Shown: piece by piece, positions 18,208 to 27,262 of the stretch
How the letters are laid out: the number at the start of each line of letters is the position of its first letter
How positions within the stretch are numbered: the stretch's first letter is position 1
NCBI GenBank assembly: GCA_034670305.1
Contig: JAXMNT010000052.1
Coordinates: 1-52,487 of the forward strand
Direction of reading: 5' to 3'
Length of the DNA: 52,487 nt
From: Deltaproteobacteria bacterium
GTDB taxonomy: Bacteria; Myxococcota_A; Polyangia; Polyangiales; Houyiibacteriaceae
The notes under the pieces: model-generated
What the model was told of the DNA's origin: nothing
What the model saw: only the letters and a program-made list of their open reading frames with translations
Database searches by the model: none
Translations under genes and position numbers: made by a program

Positions 18208-19308
18208 ATGGCTCTCGTGGGTTCTTCGTGGTTGCGCACCCTCGCCTCTTCCGGCGTGCTGGCTGCCACTCTCGTGTTCGGTTGCGGCGGCGACGACCCG
18301 GTCGACCCCGCCACGCTGAGCGTGCTCGAGGCAGGCCCATTCGAGGTCGGCTTCCGCTCGTGGGAACACACCTACGACGCGCCGGGCGGCTACGGCCCCC
18401 GGACGATCCTCTTGAACGTCTGGTTCCCGTCGGACGAGGTCGGCACGTTGACGCCCACGTACGAACGCATCTTTCGGGACGACGACGTGTGGCGGGACGT
18501 CGACCCCCGGCCGCCCGTGCACGACGCCGGCTACCCGGTGCACGTCTACTCGCATGGACACCTGGGCTTCGGCGGAAGCAGCGCCGACCTGATGCGCTAC
18601 TACGCGTCGCATGGCTGGGTGTGCATCGCCCCGGACCATCTGGGCAACACCCTCTTCGGCGCGCTCGATCCGCGGCCGGCGTCCATCTACTTCACCCGAG
18701 CGACCGATGTCAGCGCGGCCCTCGACGCGCTCGAAGCGCTCCCCGACGAAGACCCGCTCTCGCGCGCGGTGACCGAGCGGGTCGTACTCAGCGGACACTC
18801 CTTCGGGGTGCACACCACGTGGGCCATCGCGGGCGCCGAGTTCGACAACGCGCGCGCGCGCTGCGACGCCGGCGACTTGCCATCGGGGGAGTGCACCGAG
18901 GCGGAGATCGAAGCGATGGAAGCGGGGCTGCGCGACAACCGCGTCGCGGCCGTGATCCCGATGGCGGGTTCGATCGACCGCGGCTGGTTCGGGCCGACCG
19001 GACACAACTCGGTGTCGGTCCCTATCCTGTCGCTGAGCGGCACCGCCGATCCCGTCGGCGCCGACACGCAGTTCGCCGAGACCTCGGAGTTGCGCATGAC
19101 CTGGGTGCAGGTGACCGGCGGGTGCCACCAGGCCTTCGCGATCGGCGGGTGCGATACGATCTCGGACGAGGACGCATTCCACATCGTCAACAGCTACGCG
19201 TTCGCGTTTGGACGTCACCATGTCCTCGGCGATGTGTTGCCCGAAGAGCTGGGTGTGCTCGACGGCTCGGTGGGGGTGTCGGATTTGGCCACCTTCATGC
19301 GCCACTGA
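18208..19308 (+). CDS. Alpha/beta hydrolase lipoprotein (dienelactone hydrolase / PAF-acetylhydrolase-like)
   Basis: Lipobox VFGC; YSHG, APDH, GHSFG nucleophile elbow; GTAD and CH for the rest of the triad. Confidence 0.82.
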   Translation: MALVGSSWLRTLASSGVLAATLVFGCGGDDPVDPATLSVLEAGPFEVGFRSWEHTYDAPGGYGPRTILLNVWFPSDEVGTLTPTYERIFRDDDVWRDVDPRPPVHDAGYPVHVYSHGHLGFGGSSADLMRYYASHGWVCIAPDHLGNTLFGALDPRPASIYFTRATDVSAALDALEALPDEDPLSRAVTERVVLSGHSFGVHTTWAIAGAEFDNARARCDAGDLPSGECTEAEIEAMEAGLRDNRVAAVIPMAGSIDRGWFGPTGHNSVSVPILSLSGTADPVGADTQFAETSELRMTWVQVTGGCHQAFAIGGCDTISDEDAFHIVNSYAFAFGRHHVLGDVLPEELGVLDGSVGVSDLATFMRH

Positions 19309-19396
19309 CTGTGGTCTGTTCTCGAGCGAGGGAACGGCTGCGACCGCGGAACGGCGCGGACATTTTTGAGATGGGCTCTGGTAGGCTCCGCTCTCC

Positions 19397-20302
19397 ATGA
19401 GTGGGATGGAGTGCCAGAGTTGTGGTGCACGACTCGAGATCGAACCGGGTCAACGCACCGGCAAATGCCTCTACTGCGGTTCGCCGCAGGTCGTCGAACG
19501 ACCGCCGAGCCACGATCGACCGAACCCGACCTTCGCGGTGGGCTTCGTGGTGGTGCCCGAGAAGGCGCTCGAGATCGCGCGCACCTGGGTGCGCCGACCG
19601 CTCTTCGCACCGCGAAGTTTCTTGAAGGCGAAGGTCGAGGAGATCCGCGGGATCTACCTCCCCACCTACCTCTACACCGCGGCGGTCCACACCCAGTACT
19701 CGGCGAGCATCGGCGAGAACTACCAAGAGACCCAGACCTACACGACGACCGACAGCAAAGGCCGCACGGTGACCCGGACCCGCACGGTGACGAAGACCGA
19801 GTGGCGTTCGTTGACCGGCACCCACGCGGTCTACATCTCGGACTACGTCGTGACCGCGTCGCGCGGGTTGCCGAACGCAGAGCTCGAGGCGATCGAGCCG
19901 TTCGATCTGCGCGCGCTCAAACGGTACAGCCCAAAGATCGTCAGCGGCTGGGTTGCAGAGGAGCCGTCGATCGCATCGCAAGAGTGCTACGGCATGGCCC
20001 GGCAGGAAGCGCAGCACGGCATCGGGAAGCAGCTCTCGAAGTTCATGCCCGGCGACACCCACCGCGGGCTGGAGTGGAACTCCCAGTTCCACGCCGAAGA
20101 CCTGGAGCTCACCCTGCTTCCGGTGTGGGTGCTGCCGGTCCGCTACCGGGACGACAAACCGCCGGTTCGGCTGCTCGTGAACGGGCAGACCGGGAAGATC
20201 TACGGCAAGGCGCCGGTGTCGTGGGTGAAGGTGACCGTGATGATCTTGATCGTCATCGCACTCATCGTCGCGGTGGTCCTGCTCGTGCGGGAGTACGCAT
20301 GA
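19397..20302 (+). CDS. Zn-ribbon membrane-anchored protein (YdjG-like), paralogue 1
   Basis: CQSCGA...CLYCGS; GIYLP, IEPFDL, LLPVW, VNGQTGKIYG..P; C-terminal TM helix. Confidence 0.78.
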   Translation: MSGMECQSCGARLEIEPGQRTGKCLYCGSPQVVERPPSHDRPNPTFAVGFVVVPEKALEIARTWVRRPLFAPRSFLKAKVEEIRGIYLPTYLYTAAVHTQYSASIGENYQETQTYTTTDSKGRTVTRTRTVTKTEWRSLTGTHAVYISDYVVTASRGLPNAELEAIEPFDLRALKRYSPKIVSGWVAEEPSIASQECYGMARQEAQHGIGKQLSKFMPGDTHRGLEWNSQFHAEDLELTLLPVWVLPVRYRDDKPPVRLLVNGQTGKIYGKAPVSWVKVTVMILIVIALIVAVVLLVREYA

Positions 20303-20315
20303 AGGTGCATCTCTG

Positions 20316-21329
20316 ATGGGCTGGGGACATCAGCCACCGACCGAAGGACACGCCGCGCACGGTGCGGGCGGCGTGCCGCACTGCACGCGTTGTTCGACAC
20401 CGCTCGAGCCAGAGGACCTGCGCTGCGCCGTCTGCGCGCTGCCCGTCCCGGCCCGCGAGACCAGCGCCTCCAAGAGCATCGCGAAGATTCTGCGCTGCGA
20501 AGGCTGCGGCGCCGCGCTGACCTACGACGTTCGGGTGCAGGCTCCGAAGTGCGCGTTCTGCGGGTCGGTCGCACACCTCGAAGAGAGCGAGGACCCGCTC
20601 GAAGAAGCCGAAGCGTACTTGCCGTTCCGGGTCGCTCCCGAACAAGCGCACGAAGCCCTGCGTGGTTGGCTGCGCACCCTCGGTTGGTTCCGCCCTGGGG
20701 ACCTCGCGTCGACCGCGTCCATCGACAGCCTCAAGCCGCTCTGGTGGGTGGGCTGGACGTTCGACGTGGAAGCGCTCGTGAGCTGGACGGCGGACTCCAA
20801 CGCAGGCGCTGGGCGCTCGGCCTGGGCGCCCCACTCCGGACAGTCGCCGATCTCTCTTCGCGGGGTGCTCGTCAGCGCGTCCCGCGGACTCACCGAACCC
20901 GAGACGTCGCAGCTCGCGCCCTACTTCGATCTCTCGACCGGCGTGCCCCAGCCGCACGAGATGCCCGGCGCCACCATCGAACGCTTCGACGTGCAGCGTT
21001 CGTCGGCGCGGAAGATCGTCGCCAACGGTGTGCGCGCAGCGTCCAAGGCGGAAGCGAGCAAGTGGGTGCCGGGCAGCCGCCTGCGCAAACTGAGCGTCGC
21101 GGTGTTGCCGAAGCGGCTCATCACCCGTCGCTACGCGTTCCCGACCTACGTGCTCGCGTACCGCTACCGCAAGAAGCTCTACCGCGCGGTGGTCAACGGG
21201 CAGAACGCGAGCTGCACCTTCGGCCAGGCGCCGTGGTCGATCGCGAAGATCCTTTTGGTCGTGCTCGGCTCGGCGGCACTGATTGCGCTGATCGTGTTGA
21301 TCGTCATGTACGGGGGCGACTGCTGCTAG
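20316..21329 (+). CDS. Double Zn-ribbon membrane-anchored protein, paralogue 2
   Basis: CTRC..CAVC and CEGC..CAFC; LPFRV, VNGQN...GQAP; C-terminal TM helix. Confidence 0.75.
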   Translation: MGWGHQPPTEGHAAHGAGGVPHCTRCSTPLEPEDLRCAVCALPVPARETSASKSIAKILRCEGCGAALTYDVRVQAPKCAFCGSVAHLEESEDPLEEAEAYLPFRVAPEQAHEALRGWLRTLGWFRPGDLASTASIDSLKPLWWVGWTFDVEALVSWTADSNAGAGRSAWAPHSGQSPISLRGVLVSASRGLTEPETSQLAPYFDLSTGVPQPHEMPGATIERFDVQRSSARKIVANGVRAASKAEASKWVPGSRLRKLSVAVLPKRLITRRYAFPTYVLAYRYRKKLYRAVVNGQNASCTFGQAPWSIAKILLVVLGSAALIALIVLIVMYGGDCC

Positions 21330-21390
21330 CGCCGGCAGGATCCGAAGGAGAAGCCCGTGTCCCGGCCAGGGTTTCTAGCCGGAAGCCCCT

Positions 21391-21572
21391 GCCGACGGCC
21401 GAAGCCGCTCCCGAAGCCGAAGCCGAAGCCGAAGCCGAAGCCGAAGCCGAAGCCGATCCCGACGCCGACGCCGACGCCGAAGCCGACGCCGACGCCGACG
21501 CCGAAGCCGACGCCGACGCCGACGCCGAAGCCGACGCCGAAGCCGACGCCGATCCCGAGGCCGAAGCCCGAC
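21391..21572. repeat. Intergenic hexamer array B (GCCGAA/GCCGAC)n
   Basis: About 30 hexamer units between convergent genes; reverse complement of the TTCGGC/GTCGGC units of arrays A, C and D. Confidence 0.95.
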
Positions 21573-21653
21573 GTCGCATCCCGCAATTAGATGCGGGGCG
21601 CGGTGGACCATTCCACCGCGCCCCGACTTTGGAGGGAGAGAGGAACGAAGGAA

Positions 21654-23048
21654 CTAGATCGGGAAGTGCCAGAGGCGGGCGGTGTTCATGGCGAAGCGGG
21701 GGAAGTGGGCTTCGGTGGGGGCGAGGAAGGACTGGCGGTTGCGCCAGTCGCGGATCCAGCTGCGGCGGACGCGGCGCCATTCGGTCGGGCGCACGTGCTC
21801 GGTCTCGGGCACGACGAGCGAGCCGACGAAGTCGCCGTCTTCGTAGACGCGGTCGATCGACCGCTTCACGTCGGCGAGGTCGGCCGCGGAGATCACGCCG
21901 TTGCTGGTGGCGCGGTAGAACTGCACGGTCACGCGGACGGGGAAGCGGGGGTCGCGCACCAGGTTTTGGCCGCCCATCTCGGAGAACGGCCCGAGGTCTG
22001 CGCCGTGGCCGAGCACCGCGTGCTCCACGTCCGAGCCGCCACCACCGCCAGCGCTGCGTCGTGCGCTGGTGGGCGCCATCGCTTCACTCTGGAGCATGGG
22101 CATGTCCATCTCGAAGCGGTTCACGTTCCGGTGCCGCAGCGGGACCTGGACGATCATCATCATGTCCGCGCCCTCGTCGAGTGCGCCGTGGTCTTGGCCG
22201 GTGGCGCCACCCGTCTGGATGCGCTGTTCGACCGCGCTGCGCCGCTCCGCCGTGAACACGGTGCGCTGGCCAGCGTTGTTGAAGTAGAGCTGCTGACCCC
22301 AGCCTTGAAAGCTCTGGTCGCCGTCGTGGTTCTCGATGATGGTCGCGCTCATGCCCTGCCGCGTGACGAGCAAGGTCATGACCGCGGGCGAGTCGGGCGC
22401 CGACTGGTAGTTGTAGATCACCGGGTTGAACTCGCTGCGCCCCTGCGCCTGAAGCGGCACGAAGACGTGCTGCGCGCTCACCAGGTAGTGGCTGTCGCGC
22501 GGGGCGGTGAAGTCGCCGTCGCCGAGCAGAGAGCCGGGGTCCGAGAGGTACGCGCGCAGGTTGCCGAGCACTTCGGTGAGCGGCACGGCGTGCAGTTCGT
22601 TCTGGGACCCGGGCCGGTGGTTGCCCACCCGGAGCCAGAGTTTGTTCGCACGCACGTCCGCGGTTCGATCCGAGAAGTTCGGGTGGCGGATCACCGGAAG
22701 CAGATGGGTCTGCACCCGCCCGTTGGGCAGCGTCTGGCGAACCTGCAAGGTCAGATCACTGATGTTGGGTCCCACCGACGAGCCCTGGAACCGGCCGGTG
22801 TCTTCCCACATGACGTTCACGACGTTGAGCCCGAGCGCCTGGGCTTGCTGTTGCAGCGATCGGTTCTGCGGCATCGCGACCACCTGCTGAATGGTCTGCG
22901 CGAACGTCGGTGTGGGTCGCACGCCCCACGCCTGCGCCGATGCGACCGACTGGCCGAGAATGGTCAGAGCGGCGGCGAGCACGAGGGCTCGGCGGCGGGT
23001 GGTGCCTGCGGAGGCGATCGATTCCAGGGTGCGCATGGGATTCTCCAT
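21654..23048 (-). CDS. Secreted conserved hypothetical protein (WEDTGR...GPNISDLTL motif)
   Basis: RRR plus hydrophobic signal ending ASA-QA; globular ~400-aa body; start at 23048 or 23036. Confidence 0.75.
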   Translation of the reverse strand: MENPMRTLESIASAGTTRRRALVLAAALTILGQSVASAQAWGVRPTPTFAQTIQQVVAMPQNRSLQQQAQALGLNVVNVMWEDTGRFQGSSVGPNISDLTLQVRQTLPNGRVQTHLLPVIRHPNFSDRTADVRANKLWLRVGNHRPGSQNELHAVPLTEVLGNLRAYLSDPGSLLGDGDFTAPRDSHYLVSAQHVFVPLQAQGRSEFNPVIYNYQSAPDSPAVMTLLVTRQGMSATIIENHDGDQSFQGWGQQLYFNNAGQRTVFTAERRSAVEQRIQTGGATGQDHGALDEGADMMMIVQVPLRHRNVNRFEMDMPMLQSEAMAPTSARRSAGGGGGSDVEHAVLGHGADLGPFSEMGGQNLVRDPRFPVRVTVQFYRATSNGVISAADLADVKRSIDRVYEDGDFVGSLVVPETEHVRPTEWRRVRRSWIRDWRNRQSFLAPTEAHFPRFAMNTARLWHFPI

Positions 23049-23229
23049 CGGGGTGCTCGGGCGCCGCGGAAGTGCGGGTCTGGATGTCGACGCCCGAACG
23101 CCTCGAAGGGTCTGGCGTTCTGAGAAGAAAAAAACGTTGCCAAGGATGTCGTCGGGCGGCGGTCTGAGCGCCTCGGCTCGGCTCGGCGACTTTCGCGCAC
23201 GGCGGCCCAAGCCATGGCAGAATGCGGCC

Positions 23230-24297
23230 ATGCTTCGTCCGAACGGACCCTCGTTTCTCCTCAGCTCCGTCTTTCTCCTGGCCTGTGTGGGCCAGCCGCT
23301 CGACGGCGACGTGTCGCAGCGGGAGGACGCCATCATCTACGGAGAGGACGACCGCCTCGACGTCATCGACCACCCCGATGCGCTGCTCCAGGACATCGCA
23401 GTGCGGAGTGTCGGCGGTCTCATCGACCGGCGGCTCGTCGACCCGAGCGGCACCATTCGCACCGCCACCGCGTCGCAGCGGATCGAAGCCACGTTCGGCG
23501 TGCCCTACTGTGAGGACGAGCCCTTCCGCGATCAGCCCGCGCCGATGGACTGCTCGGGCGTCTTGATCGACGAGGACCTCTTCCTGACCGCGGCGCACTG
23601 CGTGCCGACCCAAGACTTCTGCGACGACCTGTCTGTGGTGCTTGGCTACCGAATCCAAGCGGGCGGCGACCCACGCCCGCTCACCCCCGAAGACGTCTAC
23701 GACTGCGCGTCGATCGAGGTCGTGAGCTACCTGCGCGACTACGCCATCATCAAACTCGATCGCCCCGTGTCCGGAGACCACGCACCTGCGCTCGTTCGCC
23801 AGGGACCGGATCCGGTCCGGCCGGGCGATCTGTTGTCCATCATCGGCCATCCGAGCGGCACCCCGATGAAGATCGACGACGGCACGACGGCCGGCGCCTC
23901 GTACGACCCGGGCATCGAGAGTTTCTTGTTCCGCGGAGACGTGGTCGCGGGCAGCAGCGGCTCGCCGGTGTTCAACCGCGCCGGCGAAGTGCTTGGCGTC
24001 GTCAGTCGCGGCCAAGAGGAACCGTTCCGCGTCACCTCGACATGCGTCGAGGTGCAGCGCGAAGCCGCCGGCGAACCCGGCACCGAGATCGCCGGCTACA
24101 TCTACCGCGCGATGCACGACCTCTGCGCGGCAGGCCGCGGCTCACGCACGCTCTGCGCGGACTCGGATGCGTGGTGTGAAGGCGAATGCGGCGGCGGCGG
24201 CTGTTCGATCGGCGCGCATGGTTCGTCGAGTGGCTGGGCACTGGTCGGCGCGATGCTGGGCATCGGGCTCATGCGACGCCGCCGGTCCCGTCGTTGA
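23230..24297 (+). CDS. Trypsin-like serine protease, lipoprotein with MYXO-CTERM-like tail
   Basis: TAAHC (His), DYAIIKL (Asp), GSSGSPV (Ser); lipobox LLAC; C-terminal GGGC...hydrophobic...RRRR. Confidence 0.88.
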   Translation: MLRPNGPSFLLSSVFLLACVGQPLDGDVSQREDAIIYGEDDRLDVIDHPDALLQDIAVRSVGGLIDRRLVDPSGTIRTATASQRIEATFGVPYCEDEPFRDQPAPMDCSGVLIDEDLFLTAAHCVPTQDFCDDLSVVLGYRIQAGGDPRPLTPEDVYDCASIEVVSYLRDYAIIKLDRPVSGDHAPALVRQGPDPVRPGDLLSIIGHPSGTPMKIDDGTTAGASYDPGIESFLFRGDVVAGSSGSPVFNRAGEVLGVVSRGQEEPFRVTSTCVEVQREAAGEPGTEIAGYIYRAMHDLCAAGRGSRTLCADSDAWCEGECGGGGCSIGAHGSSSGWALVGAMLGIGLMRRRRSRR

Positions 24298-24323
24298 CGC
24301 CTGCGTACTTCGTGTCGAACGCC

Positions 24324-24701
24324 ATGCGTGTGTCCAACAGAGTGCTGCGTCGAACGGTGCTGCATCGAGCGGTGCTCGTCTTGATCGCGGGGGCGGTCGC
24401 CTGCGGCGGTGCGCCGACCCTGCTCGAGTTCCACCGGACCGCGCTCGAAGGCCAGGCGCAAGGCGCCCTCGACTGCGAGTTCTACGAAGTCGCGGACGCC
24501 ACCCCCGAGGACTTCCCCTCGGTCGCCGGCGATCCCCAGGCCCGCCGCTACCTCGTGACGGGATGCGAACGCGAAGCGGCGTTCGTCTGTTTCTCACTCG
24601 CCCACGGACACGGCACCGAAGCCCCCGAGTGCCGCCCGCTCAACCGAGGCGACGGACACGCCGGCGGCGGCGTCTACATCGGCCAACACCGCGTGCGCTG
24701 A
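24324..24701 (+). CDS. Small hypothetical lipoprotein
   Basis: Basic N-terminus plus lipobox AVAC; four further Cys residues. Confidence 0.65.
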   Translation: MRVSNRVLRRTVLHRAVLVLIAGAVACGGAPTLLEFHRTALEGQAQGALDCEFYEVADATPEDFPSVAGDPQARRYLVTGCEREAAFVCFSLAHGHGTEAPECRPLNRGDGHAGGGVYIGQHRVR

Positions 24702-24740
24702 CAGTCGCTGCAAAGCGACCTCGTCCCCATGCGCGTGCAC

Positions 24741-24941
24741 ATCGGCATCGGCATCGGCCTCGGCTTCGGCATCGGCATCTGCTTCGGCTTCGGGATCGGC
24801 TTCGGCTTCGGCTTCGGCTTCGGCGTCGGCGTCGGCTTCGGCGTCGGCGTCGGCTTCGGCGTCGGATTCGGATTCGGCTTCGGCTTCGGATTCGGCGTCG
24901 GCTTCGGCTTCGCTCGGTCGGGCACGGGCACGGGCACGGGG
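24741..24941. repeat. Intergenic hexamer array C (NTCGGC)n ending in (GGGCAC)3GGGG
   Basis: Direct observation; lies between convergent genes. Confidence 0.95.
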
Positions 24942-24977
24942 TTACACAGCCTCCGCGTCCGCGTCCGGACGCTTCCT

Positions 24978-26399
24978 TCAGAGCCGGCCCATCAACGCCG
25001 CCAACCGGCCGGACGCTTCTTCGCGGTGCGCGAGGTAGAGCGGGCTCGACAGAATCGACTGGTGAAAGTTCCCGGGCTCGCCGACCGGCTTGCCGCCCAC
25101 CCACATCGCGTCGATCGCGCCGTCGACATCGCCCAGGACGAGCGCCGTCAGGGGCTGGGTCGAAGGCCAGAACGCGGGATGGTGCAGATCCCACGCGACG
25201 AGGTTTGCCAGTGCGCCCCGCTCGAGCGCGCCGGCGCGAACCTTCGGATGCAGGGCGCCCGCGCCCGACCACACCCGGTCGAGCAGCCCGCGCGGATCCG
25301 AGACCGACCCGCCCGCATTCCAGCGTTCGGTGCGGTCGAGCCAGACCGACTCTGCGGACGCCTCTCCCGCGAGAAACGATTCGTAGACGTCGGAGTAGCT
25401 GGTCCCGAGCGTCCGGGTGCCCGACGCGAACCGGAGCTCTTTCCGCAAGCTCATGGAGTCGTTGCTCGCGGCGCAGTCGGTGGCGACCGTCCATCGCACC
25501 CCCGACTTCTCCCACTCGTCGAGCCGCGCGACGAAACCGAAGATGAGCTGTCCGTACGGACAGCAGACGAGTGTGTGACGGGGCGCGAGCGCGCGCATCT
25601 CCGCCCGGTCGACATACAGTGCGTGGGCGAACACGCAGCGCGCGCGCTCGAGCACACCCAACGACTCGAGGTACCCGACCGGCGTGCGTTGGGACCGGGT
25701 GCGGGCGCGTGCAACCTCTTCGACCGACTGGGCCAAGTGCGCGTGCACGGGGACGCCCAGGGTCTCGGATGCCTCGAGCACCCGCGACCAGAGCTCCGGA
25801 GAGACCGTGTCGGTCGCATGCGGTCCGAGCGCAGCGTGGATCGTATCGAGTCCCGCGGCGTCGAGGTCGTGCGTCGTCTGCAACGCACCGTCCGCGCCGC
25901 CCGCACGTTGTTCAGAGCTTCCGGAAGCGGCTGAGAAGAGTGCGCCGGGCCCAGAGAGATCCTGAAGCGTCGGCGCGACCACGGCCGACAGCCCGGTGTC
26001 GGCGATCCCGGCGGCGAGCGCGTCCCCGAAGAAGTAGTGGTCCCACACCAGACCCACACCCGAGAGCAGGCTCTCCCAGCTGCCGATGCGGGCGAACGCG
26101 CGCACGTCCTCGGGGGTGAGCGACGCTTCGACCCGGTAGAAGAGATCCTCGACGACGTTGCCGCCGGTCGACGCGCCGAGTGCTCCACGAAGCGCATGGA
26201 GCGCCACGTGGGTGTGCGCGTTCACGAAGGCCGGAGACACCAGGTGATGGGGTAGGTGCTCGGTGGTCTGTCCGTCGTCGGGCGGCGCGCCTTCGCCGAC
26301 CTCCTGGATGAACGCGCCCTCGAATGTCACGTAGCCGGGCGCCACGCGCATGGACGCGCCCGTGCCGAACACCACGGTGTCGGACGAGATGCGTGTCAC
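24978..26399 (-). CDS. Amidohydrolase (MTA/SAH deaminase-like family)
   Basis: [53 protein letters not shown] overlap with the yqgE-like stop. Confidence 0.85.
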   Translation of the reverse strand: MTRISSDTVVFGTGASMRVAPGYVTFEGAFIQEVGEGAPPDDGQTTEHLPHHLVSPAFVNAHTHVALHALRGALGASTGGNVVEDLFYRVEASLTPEDVRAFARIGSWESLLSGVGLVWDHYFFGDALAAGIADTGLSAVVAPTLQDLSGPGALFSAASGSSEQRAGGADGALQTTHDLDAAGLDTIHAALGPHATDTVSPELWSRVLEASETLGVPVHAHLAQSVEEVARARTRSQRTPVGYLESLGVLERARCVFAHALYVDRAEMRALAPRHTLVCCPYGQLIFGFVARLDEWEKSGVRWTVATDCAASNDSMSLRKELRFASGTRTLGTSYSDVYESFLAGEASAESVWLDRTERWNAGGSVSDPRGLLDRVWSGAGALHPKVRAGALERGALANLVAWDLHHPAFWPSTQPLTALVLGDVDGAIDAMWVGGKPVGEPGNFHQSILSSPLYLAHREEASGRLAALMGRL

Positions 26400-27031
26400 G
26401 CCGTCGCGAAGCGGGCGAGGCCGAGCCAGGGCTTCGGCAGACCGAGGGCGGTACAGGTCGCGTCGCTCCACCGGCGCTCCGCCGGCGTCTCGAAGACGAG
26501 CCGCGGGTCGGCGGGCATGCGCATCCACGAGCCCTGTTCGATCTGCTGGTCGAGGGCGCCGGGGTCCCAGGTCACGTGACCGAGCAACAAGAGCGAACGC
26601 CCCCCCGCCGCCACCAAGTCCGCCATCGCGAGCGGCGCCGCGGTCACGCCGATCTCAGGCGTGAGCAAGCAGCTGTCTTCCGGCTCGGGCACGCCCTCGG
26701 TGTCAAAAAGCAGCCACCCGACGTCGGGGCGGGTGCGCCCACCGCGGAACGCATGCGGCTCGGTCCGCTTGCCCGCCCGCCGTTTCACGAATCCACTTCC
26801 GACCAGCGACATCGCCGCCACGGTTGGATGCGGTTCATCGACCGTCGACGTGTGCACGCCGAGCCCTTCAAGCGCTTCGAGGAGCGGGCAGGCGCTTCGG
26901 CGGTTGATCACGAACCCGAGGCTGCCCTCGTCCCCATGGACCGCAACGAGGATGAGCGCTTCCCGGAACTCGGACGGCAGATCGCTCTGGACGTCGGTCG
27001 CAACGATCATGAAACCGTCTTCGGGGAGCAC
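26396..27031 (-). CDS. YqgE/AlgH family protein (divergent)
   Basis: FREALILVAVH...GSLGFVINR, GHVTWDPGALDQQIEQGSW, LVF...ERRW; start 27031 or 27010. Confidence 0.78.
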   Translation of the reverse strand: MLPEDGFMIVATDVQSDLPSEFREALILVAVHGDEGSLGFVINRRSACPLLEALEGLGVHTSTVDEPHPTVAAMSLVGSGFVKRRAGKRTEPHAFRGGRTRPDVGWLLFDTEGVPEPEDSCLLTPEIGVTAAPLAMADLVAAGGRSLLLLGHVTWDPGALDQQIEQGSWMRMPADPRLVFETPAERRWSDATCTALGLPKPWLGLARFATA

Positions 27032-27195
27032 GGGTTAACTCTGCCATGCCCGATCACGCCAAGCGAGAACGATCCTCGGTGGTTCTGTTTCCGGTGCGGC
27101 CACTCTTGACACCGACGCGATCGATGGTTGCGCGTGCCCAGGTACACCAGCAACACCAGCAACACCGGCGACATCAGCAACACGGGCGGGCGACA

Positions 27196-27238
27196 ACGAA
27201 AAACGGAAACGGAAGTCGCCTTCCGTTTCCGTTCTCGT
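27196..27238 (-). terminator. Rho-independent terminator of the IgGFc-binding gene
   Basis: 14-bp perfect stem AACGGAAACGGAAG/CTTCCGTTTCCGTT with GCGA tetraloop, followed by a T-run on the minus strand. Confidence 0.8.
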
Positions 27239-27262
27239 ATTCATCTCACAGAAGGTGCAGCG

